From positions 1 through 18,749 of the forward strand of contig CALKOM010000086.1 in assembly GCA_938091905.1 (NCBI GenBank): a DNA stretch of 18,749 bases, written 5' to 3'. The notes beneath the pieces were generated by a model, which made no database searches, was not told where the DNA came from, and saw only the letters and a list, made by a program, of their open reading frames with translations. This document shows positions 18,352-18,749 of the stretch, piece by piece. Source of the DNA: an uncultured Verrucomicrobiales bacterium. GTDB taxonomy: Bacteria > Verrucomicrobiota > Verrucomicrobiia > Verrucomicrobiales > DEV007. A program made the position numbers and the translations under genes. How positions within the stretch are numbered: position 1 is the first letter of the stretch; each line of letters starts with the position of its first letter.

Positions 18352-18749
18352 TCGGAAGCAGTCTTCAGAGTTCGGTAGAGATCGCGTTCCGCTACGACAA
18401 AGCACGTAGCCGCACGGTGCTCGCGAAGCGCCAGGCTGGCGGGCTTTGCCACCTAAGCAAACCCTACTGGACCGGTGAAGTGCTCGGCCTCCAACTTGTC
18501 AATCCAACGGCTGGCCTGTTCTCCGGAGATCACCTCGACGTGAGCGTCCACGTGGGACCAAATTCCCAGGTTGCACTCACTTCGCCCAGTGCCTCACGTT
18601 ATCACACGATGCCCACTGGCCAGGCCCACCTCACCCAGCGGTTCGAAATTGAAGACAACGCTTGGTTAGATTTCTGGCCCGAGATCGTCATCCCCCAGCG
18701 GGACTCCGACGTGATTCAATCCACCGAGATCCATCTCGCCCCCACGGCG
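18348..18749 (+). CDS. ureD: Urease accessory protein UreD (5' part, runs off the window)
   Basis: Not in the ORF track. Manual translation from the ATGA overlap at 18348 gives [14 protein letters not shown]...HLSKPYW...[21 protein letters not shown]....[10 protein letters not shown]...[10 protein letters not shown], open to the window end. Confidence 0.92.
   Translation, partial: MIGSSLQSSVEIAFRYDKARSRTVLAKRQAGGLCHLSKPYWTGEVLGLQLVNPTAGLFSGDHLDVSVHVGPNSQVALTSPSASRYHTMPTGQAHLTQRFEIEDNAWLDFWPEIVIPQRDSDVIQSTEIHLAPTA

Overview
A single + strand nitrogen-scavenging region made of two apparent operons, each preceded by a correctly spaced sigma54 (-24/-12) promoter. Operon 1 (339-7362) encodes a NikR-like ribbon-helix-helix regulator, two DUF1989 proteins (CgdA/CgdB-type carboxyguanidine deiminase subunits), a biotin-dependent urea/guanidine carboxylase with the guanidine-type Asp in its carboxyltransferase site, and allophanate hydrolase. 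Operon 2 (7716 to the window end) encodes an outer-membrane beta-barrel, urtABCDE and urease ureABCEFG, plus a truncated ureD. The window opens inside a perfect 8-bp tandem repeat. The most interesting signal is the regulation of operon 1. I see no guanidine riboswitch in front of this probable guanidine-assimilation operon. It is instead led by a NikR paralog in which all four canonical nickel ligands are substituted, making it a candidate protein-based sensor of guanidine, urea or a pathway intermediate. A Verrucomicrobia/PVC-type host is only an impression from the protein and translation-initiation style. All family assignments are from motif recognition and remembered reference sequences, not database searches.
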